Positions 11,101-20,395 of a stretch of 64,000 nt of DNA are shown here, piece after piece. Position 1 is the first letter of the stretch; each line of letters starts with the position of its first letter. Made by a program: the position numbers and the translations under genes. The notes under the pieces were generated by a model. The model had not been told where the DNA came from. It saw nothing but the letters and a program-made list of their open reading frames with translations, and made no database searches. The DNA is taken from the IMG/VR virus record IMGVR_UViG_3300036770_004143, positions 62,001 through 126,000 of that record. The stretch is one strand, 5' to 3'.

Positions 11101-12476
11101 CTTAAATTTCCATTTCTATATTTTTTTGTATTAATCCATGATTGGTCAAAGTTAACCACTTCAATGGATGCATTTGTTTCACCACTTAATTTTGGTTGAA
11201 TTAATTCAATGCTTCTATCTGCTGTTGTTGCTGTATATTGGCTTGATATTAATAAACCTAATCCCCCAAGTTCTTTTAAATCACAATTTTCAATTAATCT
11301 ATCTCTAACAAATACTGCATCAATTTGAACCCAATTTTCATTTTGGATATATGTTGTATTTTTAAATTGGTCAAATATTCCTTTTGTTGAACACCATTGA
11401 TTTATGGTTGCACCTGATGTTTCACAAGTCCCTGTTAAGGTGAAAGTTTTAACACAGACTATTGGATTTCCAGAATCACCACTTAATTGAATTGATAATG
11501 CATTTGATACACCATCATATAATGGATTTGTTTCTGGGAATATTACATCTTTATCATAATTTGTAACACCAGTTATGGGATATACTTTATTGCAAGTTGA
11601 TGCTGAATATGTGGATGCTGAATAAGTTGAATTGCAAAGGCAAGTATCCAAGCAAGTTAAACCTGATGTTGGTCTTGTATAACCTGTGAATGATGTTGGA
11701 TGACCATCAGCATAATGATAAAATTTATTTTCTGCTCTTGCACCTAAATAAAAGAATGTTCCTTTATTTTGTGGATATCTTTCATTTAATCCCACTTGGG
11801 TATCCCCGGTCCATCTATATTTTAATATGAATTCTGCTGTCCAACCAAGATTTGGTCTTTCTGGGAATATTTCATAATCATAACCAAATAATCTATAAAA
11901 TCCTTGATAAAATCCCCCAGATAAATTTGCATATAAACCTGTGCTATTTGTTGAACCTGATGATATATTATAAGTATAACTATCATCATTATATATTCTA
12001 TTTGTGGTTGTTGTAAAACCTGTTATTGGATGAAGTTTTAATCTTCTATCAAATTTGTTTCTATTAAAAATATCATTTGGTGATGTGTATAATCCTGTAT
12101 TTATTTCAATGGTTTCACCTGAAATGTTTTGTGTTAACCCATTATCAATTCCTGTTAAACCAACATCACATAATGAAATTTTATTTTGATATGTATTTGC
12201 TGTTAAATTATAATTTTCTGGATTATAATAATTTTTTGAAACAATAACATCTGTGTTAAAATTATTGCAATTGATGCAAATGCTTGTTCCAGAATAGGAG
12301 AAATCAAAATTGAATGGCATTCTATTTCCATCATCTTCAGCAATTAATTTTGATGAAAAAACAGTTTCTTCATCATAATTCAATTCATCTGATGCCAAAC
12401 TTATATCAATAATTTCATTTACAGGTCTAAATCCAATCTTATTGAAATTATATTGATTAATATTTTGATAACTCAT
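8172..12476 (-). CDS. LamG/concanavalin-like domain + Thr/Pro mucin-like stalk + Gly-rich C-terminal domain; probable virion fibre/appendage
   Basis: NGNLRIYINGK..ISIGGG..GDVGAFRMYIEPLNAGQVRHNF LamG-like pattern; about 530 aa TP repeats; VDYLVVAGGGAGG Gly-rich domain. Confidence 0.65.
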   Translation of the reverse strand: MSYQNINQYNFNKIGFRPVNEIIDISLASDELNYDEETVFSSKLIAEDDGNRMPFNFDFSYSGTSICINCNNFNTDVIVSKNYYNPENYNLTANTYQNKISLCDVGLTGIDNGLTQNISGETIEINTGLYTSPNDIFNRNKFDRRLKLHPITGFTTTTNRIYNDDSYTYNISSGSTNSTGLYANLSGGFYQGFYRLFGYDYEIFPERPNLGWTAEFILKYRWTGDTQVGLNERYPQNKGTFFYLGARAENKFYHYADGHPTSFTGYTRPTSGLTCLDTCLCNSTYSASTYSASTCNKVYPITGVTNYDKDVIFPETNPLYDGVSNALSIQLSGDSGNPIVCVKTFTLTGTCETSGATINQWCSTKGIFDQFKNTTYIQNENWVQIDAVFVRDRLIENCDLKELGGLGLLISSQYTATTADRSIELIQPKLSGETNASIEVVNFDQSWINTKKYRNGNLRIYINGKIFFIIDNFEEIIPRPLNTLKERQIGVPFNISIGGGTQGLKDSLTLSSCTENEEIQILLTNNDLIQDSELLPTNILNNTSYSGLTTNIILEEEFGGSLIGDVGAFRMYIEPLNAGQVRHNFKILKTKYGLIDPFNPDKEPIIIVPPTPSVTPTQTPTNSITPSVTTTNTITPTQTPTNTITPSITPTRTLTPTPTLTRTVTPTRTATRTPTVTRTSTITPTNTITPTNTITPTNTVTPTITPTITSYDDSIRTIFLFFPNIAPIITPSVTSTPTSTNIFIITPTITPTISQTTTLTITPTKTVTPTITPTSSETPTPTNTITPTITTTPTKTITPTITTTNTVTPSLTKTPGASQDATPTITPTNTETPTQTPTSSETPTPTNTITPSITPTNTVTPTNTETPTQTPTSSETSTPSITPTNTITPSVTKTPGASQDPTPTITPTNTVTPTNTITPTQTITPTQTPTSSETPTPTITPTNTETPTQTPTSSETPTQTITPTQTQTSSETPTPTITPTNTVTPTNTITPTQTITPTQTPTSSETPTPTITPTNTETPTQTPTSSETPTQTITPTQTQTSSETPTPTITPTNTETPTQTPTSSETPTQTITPTQTPTSSETPTPTITPTNTITPTITPTNTITPTNTITPTNTITPTNTITPTNTITPTNSITPTRTITPTTSPIPTTVTVDYLVVAGGGAGGADSPTTPGNGGGGAGGMRSTVTNTGGGGNLENSFLINKNTPYIVTVGPGGQGGSNVNQVPGNNSVFANIVSVGGGGGGWYSNTPGGSGGSGGGGAPSGAGGGASGGSRNTNPIQGNIGGTATTNAGGGGGGAGSAGGLNLVGNGGNSQKSDITGILKDYAGGGAGSGSASTGTPGTNGGVAGNPGSGGNGVQNTGSGGGAQRGSTGVSGSGGSGVVIISYPDNFPNLLTIHSSHVCNGQAAGTTTAPAPSTARAGYKTYTFTAGSGNISW
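9030..10660 (-). repeat. Coding low-complexity Thr/Pro tandem repeats
   Basis: Repeating [21 protein letters not shown] units; boundaries approximate. Confidence 0.9.
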
Positions 12477-12531
12477 TTATATATATATTATAATAAATAG
12501 TATTTAAATGATATTTATGAATAAAAGTCAA

Positions 12532-13326
12532 ATGATAAATATTAACAAAGAATATTTTAATTCACCTTATTATTTTTTAATTACAGAAAAGACTGACAAA
12601 TATTCATTATATTTCTCAATAAGCAACACATTATCTGAGGCAAGGGATAATGATGATGTTTTTCATTTTGATAAAAAAAATATTAAAAAAGTAAAAAACC
12701 ATTTAAATAAAATGGTTAAGGGAAAGAAACCAACAACAAAAAAGAAGTTGAAAAGAGAACTTGAAGAATTGGTTGGGGATGATGGGTCAATGTTAACATC
12801 AAAAATTCCAATTCTAAATAGCCCCCAACATACGCATAGAACATTAGACCAGATTGTTCCAGCAACAAGGCAAACAAATGACCCAGTTACTCGTGGGTAT
12901 AGAACATATTATGGTGAGAGTGTTGATGATGAAATATCTGAAGTTGATTTATCTGGGGCATTTGGATATGAGGAAACCAAGAATATGGATGGTAAAAAAA
13001 CATATAAATATATGGTGAATAAACTTGGTGTTGAACCTGATGAGGCAAAAGAAAGAACAAAGCAATTTGGTAAGGATCCATATGGAAAAGCTACAAAAAA
13101 GAAGAAGAAGGGGTCAATTGATAAGATGACCTTATCTGAATTAAATAAGGGGAATTTATTAAAGATGGTGGAAGATTTGCTTGTGAATAAGGGGGGTGAT
13201 AATGACATTCAAATATCAAAGGATATTAATCCAATTATTCAAAAAAACATAAAAATGTTGAAAACCCAAGCAGAAAAGAATGGATTATCATTAAATGATT
13301 TAATTAAAATGTTAAAAAGTGAATAG
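12532..13326 (+). CDS. Hypothetical phage protein
   Basis: Long ORF; start moved to 12532 because an ATATTTAT motif lies at 12511-12518. Confidence 0.6.
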   Translation: MININKEYFNSPYYFLITEKTDKYSLYFSISNTLSEARDNDDVFHFDKKNIKKVKNHLNKMVKGKKPTTKKKLKRELEELVGDDGSMLTSKIPILNSPQHTHRTLDQIVPATRQTNDPVTRGYRTYYGESVDDEISEVDLSGAFGYEETKNMDGKKTYKYMVNKLGVEPDEAKERTKQFGKDPYGKATKKKKKGSIDKMTLSELNKGNLLKMVEDLLVNKGGDNDIQISKDINPIIQKNIKMLKTQAEKNGLSLNDLIKMLKSE

Positions 13327-13789
13327 TGAATTATATGGCAAACCTATTCCATTTCCAGATGAGATGAAGCAACATTTGACAATGTGTATGAATTCAGTTG
13401 GTTCAATACCCCAGGATAGTCAGGGGTATAAAAGGAATAAGGACTTGCAAATGAAAAATACCATAACCTATACACAGATGAAAAGGATTAAGGGTTATTT
13501 TGATAATTATAAGGGTGATTATAAGGATTCAGAATTTATTTTGAATGGAGGTCTTAAAATGAAATATTGGGTTGACCAAACATTAAACCAAATGAGAGCA
13601 AATATAAAGATGACCAAAACCAATAGAGCAAATGCTGGGGAAACAAACCAATTCATTGGTGATCATGAGAAAGATGATACAAATGTTAGACCATCACAAA
13701 CACACAAAAAAACATCAGAAAGACATGCCACATCCATTCCAAAAATAACTGAAGAAATAAATAAAATAAAAATGTTAATAAAATATTAA
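13319..13789 (+). CDS. Hypothetical phage protein
   Basis: 156-aa ORF overlapping upstream stop. Confidence 0.65.
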   Translation: MNSELYGKPIPFPDEMKQHLTMCMNSVGSIPQDSQGYKRNKDLQMKNTITYTQMKRIKGYFDNYKGDYKDSEFILNGGLKMKYWVDQTLNQMRANIKMTKTNRANAGETNQFIGDHEKDDTNVRPSQTHKKTSERHATSIPKITEEINKIKMLIKY

Positions 13790-13793
13790 GATT

Positions 13794-14090
13794 ATGGGAG
13801 TTGAAACATCAATTGATTTAAGTCAGAATATTGATAATAATTTGACCAAATATGCTGAAGAGCAAAGGGCAAAGTTGTTGCCAAAAAATGAATATAAGGA
13901 TACAGGATTTGAATATTCACAAACAAACCCAAATGCACTTGGTGATGGGGATGCCAAAGGTAGAGGGAATGGTGTTTTCCTTGATACAGTTAGTCCAACC
14001 ATTGGAACAAAACAAGATGTTGTTGAAAGGAAGAATGGGTTAAAAATAAACAAATGGAAAGCAACCAACCAATATCCAGATTTTAAATAA
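13794..14090 (+). CDS. Hypothetical phage protein
   Basis: 98-aa ORF, TAATG-coupled to next gene. Confidence 0.6.
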   Translation: MGVETSIDLSQNIDNNLTKYAEEQRAKLLPKNEYKDTGFEYSQTNPNALGDGDAKGRGNGVFLDTVSPTIGTKQDVVERKNGLKINKWKATNQYPDFK

Positions 14091-14488
14091 TGAAATTAAC
14101 AACAACATTAAAATCTTTATTAACAGAAATTGCATCCATTGAATCAATTGCTTCAGCCATAAGGGGAAAACAAGTCTGTGTTATTTATTATGATGGGGAT
14201 GAACCTGGTGGAAAAGGATTGAGATTGATTGAACCTGTTTGTCTTGGAACAACAAAACGTGGAAACAAGGCAGTTAGGGCTTATGATGTTGAAGGTGCAT
14301 CACATACAGGTTATCTAGGAAAACAAATATTACCAGGATGGAGGATATTTAGATTGGACAAAATAATGTCCTTAAACCCAACAGGTGAAGTATTTACAAA
14401 TCCAAGAGAAGGATTTAATTTTACTGGGGACAAAACATTTGCTGGAGGCATATGTATTGTTAAAGCAGAATTTGAACAAAACACATAA
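14090..14488 (+). CDS. Stand-alone WYL-like domain protein
   Basis: IYYDG..RLIEPVCLG..VRAYD..WRIFRLDKIMSL pattern. Confidence 0.7.
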   Translation: MKLTTTLKSLLTEIASIESIASAIRGKQVCVIYYDGDEPGGKGLRLIEPVCLGTTKRGNKAVRAYDVEGASHTGYLGKQILPGWRIFRLDKIMSLNPTGEVFTNPREGFNFTGDKTFAGGICIVKAEFEQNT

Positions 14489-14492
14489 TAAA

Positions 14493-15074
14493 ATGGAAAA
14501 TGATTTAATGCAAAAATTGGTAAAATCCAAAGCAATAATGGATGTGCACAATAAAATGGGTAGAGGAAATGCATCAGCTATGCCATTAACAGAGGGGATG
14601 AATATGGATATGAGTGTTCCAAATGCTAGGTATAATATACCAGATGACATTCTTTTAGAAAATGAAATGACAGCACCTGTTGTATCATTAAAAACACCAG
14701 AAACCCCATCAACAGAAGCAATTAAGAAATCAAGACTTCCAGATGAGATAAAGAGAATTATGATTGAACACCCAATTGCACAAGCTGCACCACAAAGTAC
14801 AAGAAATATTTTATCTGATAGTATGATTGAAAAGGCATCACAATTGATGGGTAATAAACCAAAACAAACTGTAGTTGAAACACAACAATCAAATGCACCA
14901 AAAATAGATGCAGAATATATTAAAAAGATTGTTAAGGAAACTGTTAAATCCACAATTAAAGAAATGGGTCTATTAACTGAGAGTACAGAGAAATCAGATG
15001 AATTCTTTCAGTTTAGAGTTGGTTCACATATTTTTGAAGGTAAAATACAAAAGATTAAAAAGATAAAGAGTTAA
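14493..15074 (+). CDS. Hypothetical phage protein
   Basis: ORF from ATG 14493, directly after WYL gene stop; followed by terminator. Confidence 0.6.
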   Translation: MENDLMQKLVKSKAIMDVHNKMGRGNASAMPLTEGMNMDMSVPNARYNIPDDILLENEMTAPVVSLKTPETPSTEAIKKSRLPDEIKRIMIEHPIAQAAPQSTRNILSDSMIEKASQLMGNKPKQTVVETQQSNAPKIDAEYIKKIVKETVKSTIKEMGLLTESTEKSDEFFQFRVGSHIFEGKIQKIKKIKS

Positions 15075-15095
15075 TTAACTAATTTTTTTATTTAT

Positions 15096-15135
15096 AAAAA
15101 GCAATATGCAATTTCTGCATATTGCTTTTTTTTTT
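15096..15135 (+). terminator. Rho-independent terminator
   Basis: aaaaagcaatatgca-atttc-tgcatattgcttttt hairpin plus long T run. Confidence 0.8.
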
Positions 15136-15171
15136 CATTTAATATATTATATTTCACTATAAAATATAAAA

Positions 15172-16392
15172 ATGAGTAAAAAAATAAAAGTTCTAGTTAT
15201 ACCATCCGACCGGTCAGGGGTTGGAAAATTCCGGTCAATTGACCCCCATCTTTTCTTGCAATCAGAATACCCAAGTGAATTTCATGTGGATATTAACTAT
15301 GAACCACCAATGGATGATATGAACTTTTGGAAAGATTATGAGATTGTTGCATTTCATAGAAGTATTGGTCATGATTTTGAGAGGGCAAAGAATCTTATAC
15401 TTACATTAAACAAAATGGGTATTATTACAGTATGTGATATTGATGACTATTGGATGCCAACAAAAGACCATCCAATACATGAGATTATAAAAATTCATAA
15501 GATAAATGAGAAGATTATTGAAAATTTAAAGGCAGCAAGTTATGTCACCACAACAACAAGGATATATGCAGATTTAATAAGGAAGTATAATAAGAATGTG
15601 TTTGTGTTTCCAAATGCTATAAATCCAAAAGACCCCCAATTTAATGAACCAACATTGGAATCTGATAGGGTGAGAGTTGGTTGGTTAGGTGGTTCTAGCC
15701 ATATGGCAGATCTTAATTTATTGGATAAATCATTTGGTTCATTGACAAAATATTCAAATAAATTACAATTTGTGTTATGTGGATTTGACACAAGAGGTTC
15801 AGTTACAGAAATAAATGCTGAAACAAAAGAGCAAAAGAAGAGAAATATAAAACCAGAGGAAACTGTTTGGGCAAGGTATGAGGAAATATTTACCCAAAAA
15901 TATTCCACAATAAGCGAGGATTATAAGAAATTTTTGCTTAAATTTGTGCAAGAATCTTATGATAAGGAAAGTGATGAGGCTTATGTGAGAGCCTGGACAA
16001 AACCTGTTACAAGTTATGCTAGGAATTATGCAAAATTTGACATATCTTTGGCACCTATAAAGAATCATATTTTTAATGAGATGAAGTCACAGTTAAAGGT
16101 AATTGAGGCTGGGTTTTATAAGAAAGCATTAATTGCCACAAATTTTGGACCATACACTATAGACTTGAAACATGGTTTAAATAAAGGTACATTTGTAAAG
16201 GGAGGGAATGCTCTATTGGTTGACGCAGATAGGAATGCTATTGATTGGGCAAAATACATTGAGAAGTTAATGAAGAACCCAAATTTGGTTAAAGACTTGG
16301 GGGAGAATTTGTATGAAACAGTAAAGGATACTTATTCCTTGGTTAATGTTACAAAAAACAGAGCAGAATTTTATAAATCACTAATTAAATAA
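15172..16392 (+). CDS. GT-B (GT4-like) glycosyltransferase
   Basis: GVGKFRSIDP, CDIDDYW, RVGWLGGSSH, DISLAP..FNEMKSQLKVIEAG motifs. Confidence 0.8.
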   Translation: MSKKIKVLVIPSDRSGVGKFRSIDPHLFLQSEYPSEFHVDINYEPPMDDMNFWKDYEIVAFHRSIGHDFERAKNLILTLNKMGIITVCDIDDYWMPTKDHPIHEIIKIHKINEKIIENLKAASYVTTTTRIYADLIRKYNKNVFVFPNAINPKDPQFNEPTLESDRVRVGWLGGSSHMADLNLLDKSFGSLTKYSNKLQFVLCGFDTRGSVTEINAETKEQKKRNIKPEETVWARYEEIFTQKYSTISEDYKKFLLKFVQESYDKESDEAYVRAWTKPVTSYARNYAKFDISLAPIKNHIFNEMKSQLKVIEAGFYKKALIATNFGPYTIDLKHGLNKGTFVKGGNALLVDADRNAIDWAKYIEKLMKNPNLVKDLGENLYETVKDTYSLVNVTKNRAEFYKSLIK

Positions 16393-16399
16393 CTATAAC

Positions 16400-17101
16400 A
16401 TGATAAATGTACCTTTAAACAAGATTTTATTTCTGGATATTGAAACAGTTGGTTGTGAAGCCAGTTTTGATAATTTAAAAACAAATAAACCTGAATTAGC
16501 TTACCAGTTTGAAAATTATTTTGATTGGTTTGAGAAAAGATTCCCAGAAGATGGTGCAGATGGTTTTGATTCTATGTTTCATAATAGATCAGCACTTGTT
16601 GGTGAATTTTTGAAAATTGCTTGTGTTTCTTTGGCCTTTGTTAATGATGATGGGACAATTAAAATGCAATCATTTTCTGGAACAGATGAATTGGATATTT
16701 TACAAAAAACTCAAAAGGTTTTGCAAAAAGTTGGTTCACTTAACTATTTCCTTTGTGGTCATAATGTAAAGGGTTTTGATATTCCCATATTAGCAAAGAG
16801 AATGATGATTAATGGTTTAATGCCTCCAAAAATTTTACCAAGTTATGATACAAAACCTTGGGAAATTAAAGCAATTGATACAAAAGATATTTGGCAATAT
16901 GGTCAATTTGGTTCAATTGCATCTTTGGAATTGATGTGTGTTAGCCTTGGGATTGAATCTTCAAAGAATATGGATGTGACAGGAAACAAGGTGCATGATG
17001 CATATTGGATTGATGGCAACATTGAAGGTATTACCAAATACTGTGAGAGAGATGTGGAAGTGTTAATTGATGTCATTAAAAAATTAATGTTATTAAAATG
17101 A
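16400..17101 (+). CDS. Stand-alone PolB-like DEDDy 3'-5' exonuclease
   Basis: LFLDIET, GHNVKGFDIP, YCERDV exo I/II/III motifs. Confidence 0.85.
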   Translation: MINVPLNKILFLDIETVGCEASFDNLKTNKPELAYQFENYFDWFEKRFPEDGADGFDSMFHNRSALVGEFLKIACVSLAFVNDDGTIKMQSFSGTDELDILQKTQKVLQKVGSLNYFLCGHNVKGFDIPILAKRMMINGLMPPKILPSYDTKPWEIKAIDTKDIWQYGQFGSIASLELMCVSLGIESSKNMDVTGNKVHDAYWIDGNIEGITKYCERDVEVLIDVIKKLMLLK

Positions 17102-17487
17102 GAATTTGGGTAAATGGTTGCTTTGACGTGTTGCACATTGGACATATATCATTATTAGAGTATGCAAAAACACTTGGATATGTCCTAGTTGGTGTTGATT
17201 CTGATGAAAGGGTCAAACAATTGAAAGGCAATGATAGACCTGTAAATTCTGTTGATGATAGGATTAAGATGTTAAAATCTTTGAAATTTGTGGATGATGT
17301 TTGTATGTTTGATACAGATACAGAGTTAAATGACATCTTATACCTATATCAACCAGATGTTATTGTGATTGGTGATGATTATAAATCAAAGAATATAATT
17401 GGTTCAGAACACGCAAAAAGAATTGATTTTTTTGAAAAAAAGAATGATATTAGTACAACTAAAATTTTAAATCATAAAAACAAATAA
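17098..17487 (+). CDS. Cytidylyl/adenylyltransferase (TagD / RfaE domain II-like)
   Basis: NGCFDVLHIGH HIGH motif, VGVDSD, ISTTKI. Confidence 0.85.
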   Translation: MRIWVNGCFDVLHIGHISLLEYAKTLGYVLVGVDSDERVKQLKGNDRPVNSVDDRIKMLKSLKFVDDVCMFDTDTELNDILYLYQPDVIVIGDDYKSKNIIGSEHAKRIDFFEKKNDISTTKILNHKNK

Positions 17488-17488
17488 A

Positions 17489-18103
17489 ATGGAAAATAGA
17501 GAAAATTATAGCCAGGAAGAGCTTGAGAACCTAAAAAATTATCTTGATGGTATAGATGGTGATGAAACTATTGATGATACAGATATGGAAGCATTTATTC
17601 AAAATATGTTTGGTATGTCAATGGATGAATATTCAAATGCTCTTGAAGATGCAATGAAATCAAAAACTCTTGGTTATAAGAAATTATCACCTGATGCTGT
17701 TGAACCCAAGTATAATTTTGAGAAAGATTCTGGATTTGATTTACATTCAGTTGAGGATATTGATTTGGGTGGTATGTCAAGGGCTATGGTTAGCACAGGA
17801 ATAGCATTTAATATTCCTGATGGGTATGAGATACAAATTAGACCCAAAAGTGGATTAGCAATCAATTATGGACTTACAGTACTAAACACACCCTCCACAA
17901 TTGATGGTGGGTATGTTGGTGAGGTTAAGGTGATATTATTTAATACATCAAGAGAAACTTATCAAGTTAAAAAGGGAATGAAAATTGCCCAAGCAGTATT
18001 ATGTCCAGTTCAGCAAGGCAAATATGTAAATCTTGAAAATATAGATGAATTACCTGATACTGATAGAGGTAGTGATGGATTTGGATCAACTGGATTAGTT
18101 TAA
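17489..18103 (+). CDS. dut: Trimeric dUTPase with acidic N-terminal extension
   Basis: SGFDL, IRPKSGLA, TIDGGYVGEV, IAQAV, RGSDGFGSTG motifs. Confidence 0.92.
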   Translation: MENRENYSQEELENLKNYLDGIDGDETIDDTDMEAFIQNMFGMSMDEYSNALEDAMKSKTLGYKKLSPDAVEPKYNFEKDSGFDLHSVEDIDLGGMSRAMVSTGIAFNIPDGYEIQIRPKSGLAINYGLTVLNTPSTIDGGYVGEVKVILFNTSRETYQVKKGMKIAQAVLCPVQQGKYVNLENIDELPDTDRGSDGFGSTGLV

Positions 18104-18116
18104 TATAAAAAATAAT

Positions 18117-19628
18117 ATGATAACAATAGTATATTCAACACATAAAGATATAAACTACAATCAAAAATTCAAAAAACATTTACTAGATAAAGTTGGATTA
18201 AAAGATGTGCAAGTTTTAGAATACCTTAATAATAATGAGTTTTCACTTGCACATCTATATAACAAAGGAATTAGTGAAGCCATATATGACGTTGTTGTTT
18301 GTTTACATAACGATGTTATTTTATCTAAGGATTGGGGTAAAAAATTATTAGATGATTTTAAAAATAATCCTGAGTATGGTATTATAGGAAAAGCTGGATC
18401 TACTCATTTTCCAGAATCAGGAATATATTGGGAGAAGATGCACATGACAATGGTTGGGCAAGTTTACCACCACCCACAAGATAAAGATAAATTTTTGAGT
18501 ATGTATTCACCTAAACTAAATTACCTTATACCTGTTGTGACCATTGATGGTCTTTTTATTGCTTTTGATAAAAATAAAATAAGCCATAAGTTTGATGAAA
18601 CTATTGGGAAGTTCCATTTTTATGATCATTCTTTTTGTCTTCCAAATTATTTTGATGGGGTTAAATTGGGCGTAACTAGTTCATTTGAGATTACGCATGA
18701 ATCTGTTGGTCAACCAAATGAAGAGTTTTTTGAATCAAAAGATGTTTTCTTAAAAAAATTTGGTGAAAAGTTACCCATAACTATTTTACCTGAAAAACCA
18801 CATGTTAATCCAGTTGCTGCATATAATAATAAAAACAATAATAAAGTTGCTGTTATTATACCAACTAAGGGTAATATTGATGTTTTATTTGAATGTATAG
18901 AATCCTTTTATCAAAACTGTAATCCTAATTACTTTAAAATTTTTGTTGCTGACACTGGTTCAGAAGTTGATGAAAAAAATAAAATGAAAGAAAAGTTTTC
19001 ATCATATTCTAATATAGAATTAATTGAATATGATTATTACAATTTTTCTAAAATTAATAACAATGTTGTACAAAATTATGTAGATGGTAGTTTTAATTTC
19101 ATTTTATTCTCAAATAATGATATCAAGTTATTATCCAATGTTATTGATAGTATGTTAATGACGTTTAATGAAAAACCAAATGTTGGCACTGTTGGGGCTA
19201 GACTTTATTATCCAGATAATACAATTCAACATGATGGTGTTTTTGTGTTGTATAATACAAAAAATAATTTCTTAGGTGTTTCACATTTTGGGCTTAAAAC
19301 ACATTACAATTTCATAAACACCAAAAGAATTGTATTAGGGAATACTGGCGCGCTACTCATGATAAGTAAAAAAACTTTTGAGAAAGTTGGTATGTTTAAT
19401 GAGGAATATATAAGTTGCTTTGAAGATGTTGAATTAAATTTACAATGCATTTTACATGGTATGCAAAACTACTTGGATTCAAATGCTGTTGCATATCACT
19501 ATGAGTCCAAAACTAGGGGTGAAGATTCTGATAATTTAAAAAAACTAAACATTGACTATTCAGAAAGATTATTACCTTACATAAGTAATAATATGAATAA
19601 ATTAAAACCATATTTTAATATTAAATAA
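18117..19628 (+). CDS. Two-domain GT-A (GT2-like) glycosyltransferase
   Basis: CLHNDV, IDGLFIA, FHFYD (domain 1); VAVIIPTK, FSNNDI, TGALLMI, FEDVEL, AYHYESKTRG (domain 2). Confidence 0.85.
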   Translation: MITIVYSTHKDINYNQKFKKHLLDKVGLKDVQVLEYLNNNEFSLAHLYNKGISEAIYDVVVCLHNDVILSKDWGKKLLDDFKNNPEYGIIGKAGSTHFPESGIYWEKMHMTMVGQVYHHPQDKDKFLSMYSPKLNYLIPVVTIDGLFIAFDKNKISHKFDETIGKFHFYDHSFCLPNYFDGVKLGVTSSFEITHESVGQPNEEFFESKDVFLKKFGEKLPITILPEKPHVNPVAAYNNKNNNKVAVIIPTKGNIDVLFECIESFYQNCNPNYFKIFVADTGSEVDEKNKMKEKFSSYSNIELIEYDYYNFSKINNNVVQNYVDGSFNFILFSNNDIKLLSNVIDSMLMTFNEKPNVGTVGARLYYPDNTIQHDGVFVLYNTKNNFLGVSHFGLKTHYNFINTKRIVLGNTGALLMISKKTFEKVGMFNEEYISCFEDVELNLQCILHGMQNYLDSNAVAYHYESKTRGEDSDNLKKLNIDYSERLLPYISNNMNKLKPYFNIK

Positions 19629-19636
19629 TTTAAATA

Positions 19637-20392
19637 ATGAATAAAGTAATTTTAGCAACAGGTTCAGATTACAAATATCTGCAAAAAATTCAACCATATT
19701 TATCATCATTAGATAAGAACTCCAATTTTGATGAGAATGTTTTAGTATTTATAGGTGATGAGGATTTTCATTTTGAAAACAAATCTATTTCTTTAACAAA
19801 GTTACCAAAAACATCAATATTATCACTAAATACAATTAGTTGTGTGCAACATGGTGAATTTGCGTTTGCCCCTTATTTTGATAAATTTGAAGATTCTGAT
19901 ATAATTTTTTTCACTGATGGTGATATGTTCTTACAACGAAGTATTACCACAGAAGAAAAAACAATGTACTCAAATTTTAATGATGGAGATGTTTATATTG
20001 GGTATAATTCATCAAAAGATGATACTCTTCAAAAAGAATCTCCAAGGATAGGGTACAAGAATATTATGTATAAAGAATTTGAAAGAGACTGGAATTCAAT
20101 AAAAATTTACAACACCGGAGTGGTGGGTATGAATAAAAAATCATGGAAAAAGTTGGCAAAAGATTATATAGAACTTTATCCTTTAGTTGATACAATGTTT
20201 ACACACTATGCAAAACAACAATGGTTGATTTCATTCCTTATAGGAACAGATAATTATTTTAACATAATAGAAATGGGATATGATATTCATAACCACACAC
20301 ATTATGCTAGTCCAATAGGAACAACACAAGACGCTAATCGTAATGTTTTTTTTGATAATAAACTTGTATTGTTCAAACATAAATGGGATTAA
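19637..20392 (+). CDS. Putative GT-A glycosyltransferase (GT8-like)
   Basis: IIFFTDGDMF DxD motif, YNTGV, KQQWLI; between GT2 and glf. Confidence 0.55.
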   Translation: MNKVILATGSDYKYLQKIQPYLSSLDKNSNFDENVLVFIGDEDFHFENKSISLTKLPKTSILSLNTISCVQHGEFAFAPYFDKFEDSDIIFFTDGDMFLQRSITTEEKTMYSNFNDGDVYIGYNSSKDDTLQKESPRIGYKNIMYKEFERDWNSIKIYNTGVVGMNKKSWKKLAKDYIELYPLVDTMFTHYAKQQWLISFLIGTDNYFNIIEMGYDIHNHTHYASPIGTTQDANRNVFFDNKLVLFKHKWD

Positions 20393-20395
20393 AAT

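Noticed and set aside
9079-11199. Plus-strand VGV-repeat ORFs
   Set aside because: Antisense shadows of 8172..12476
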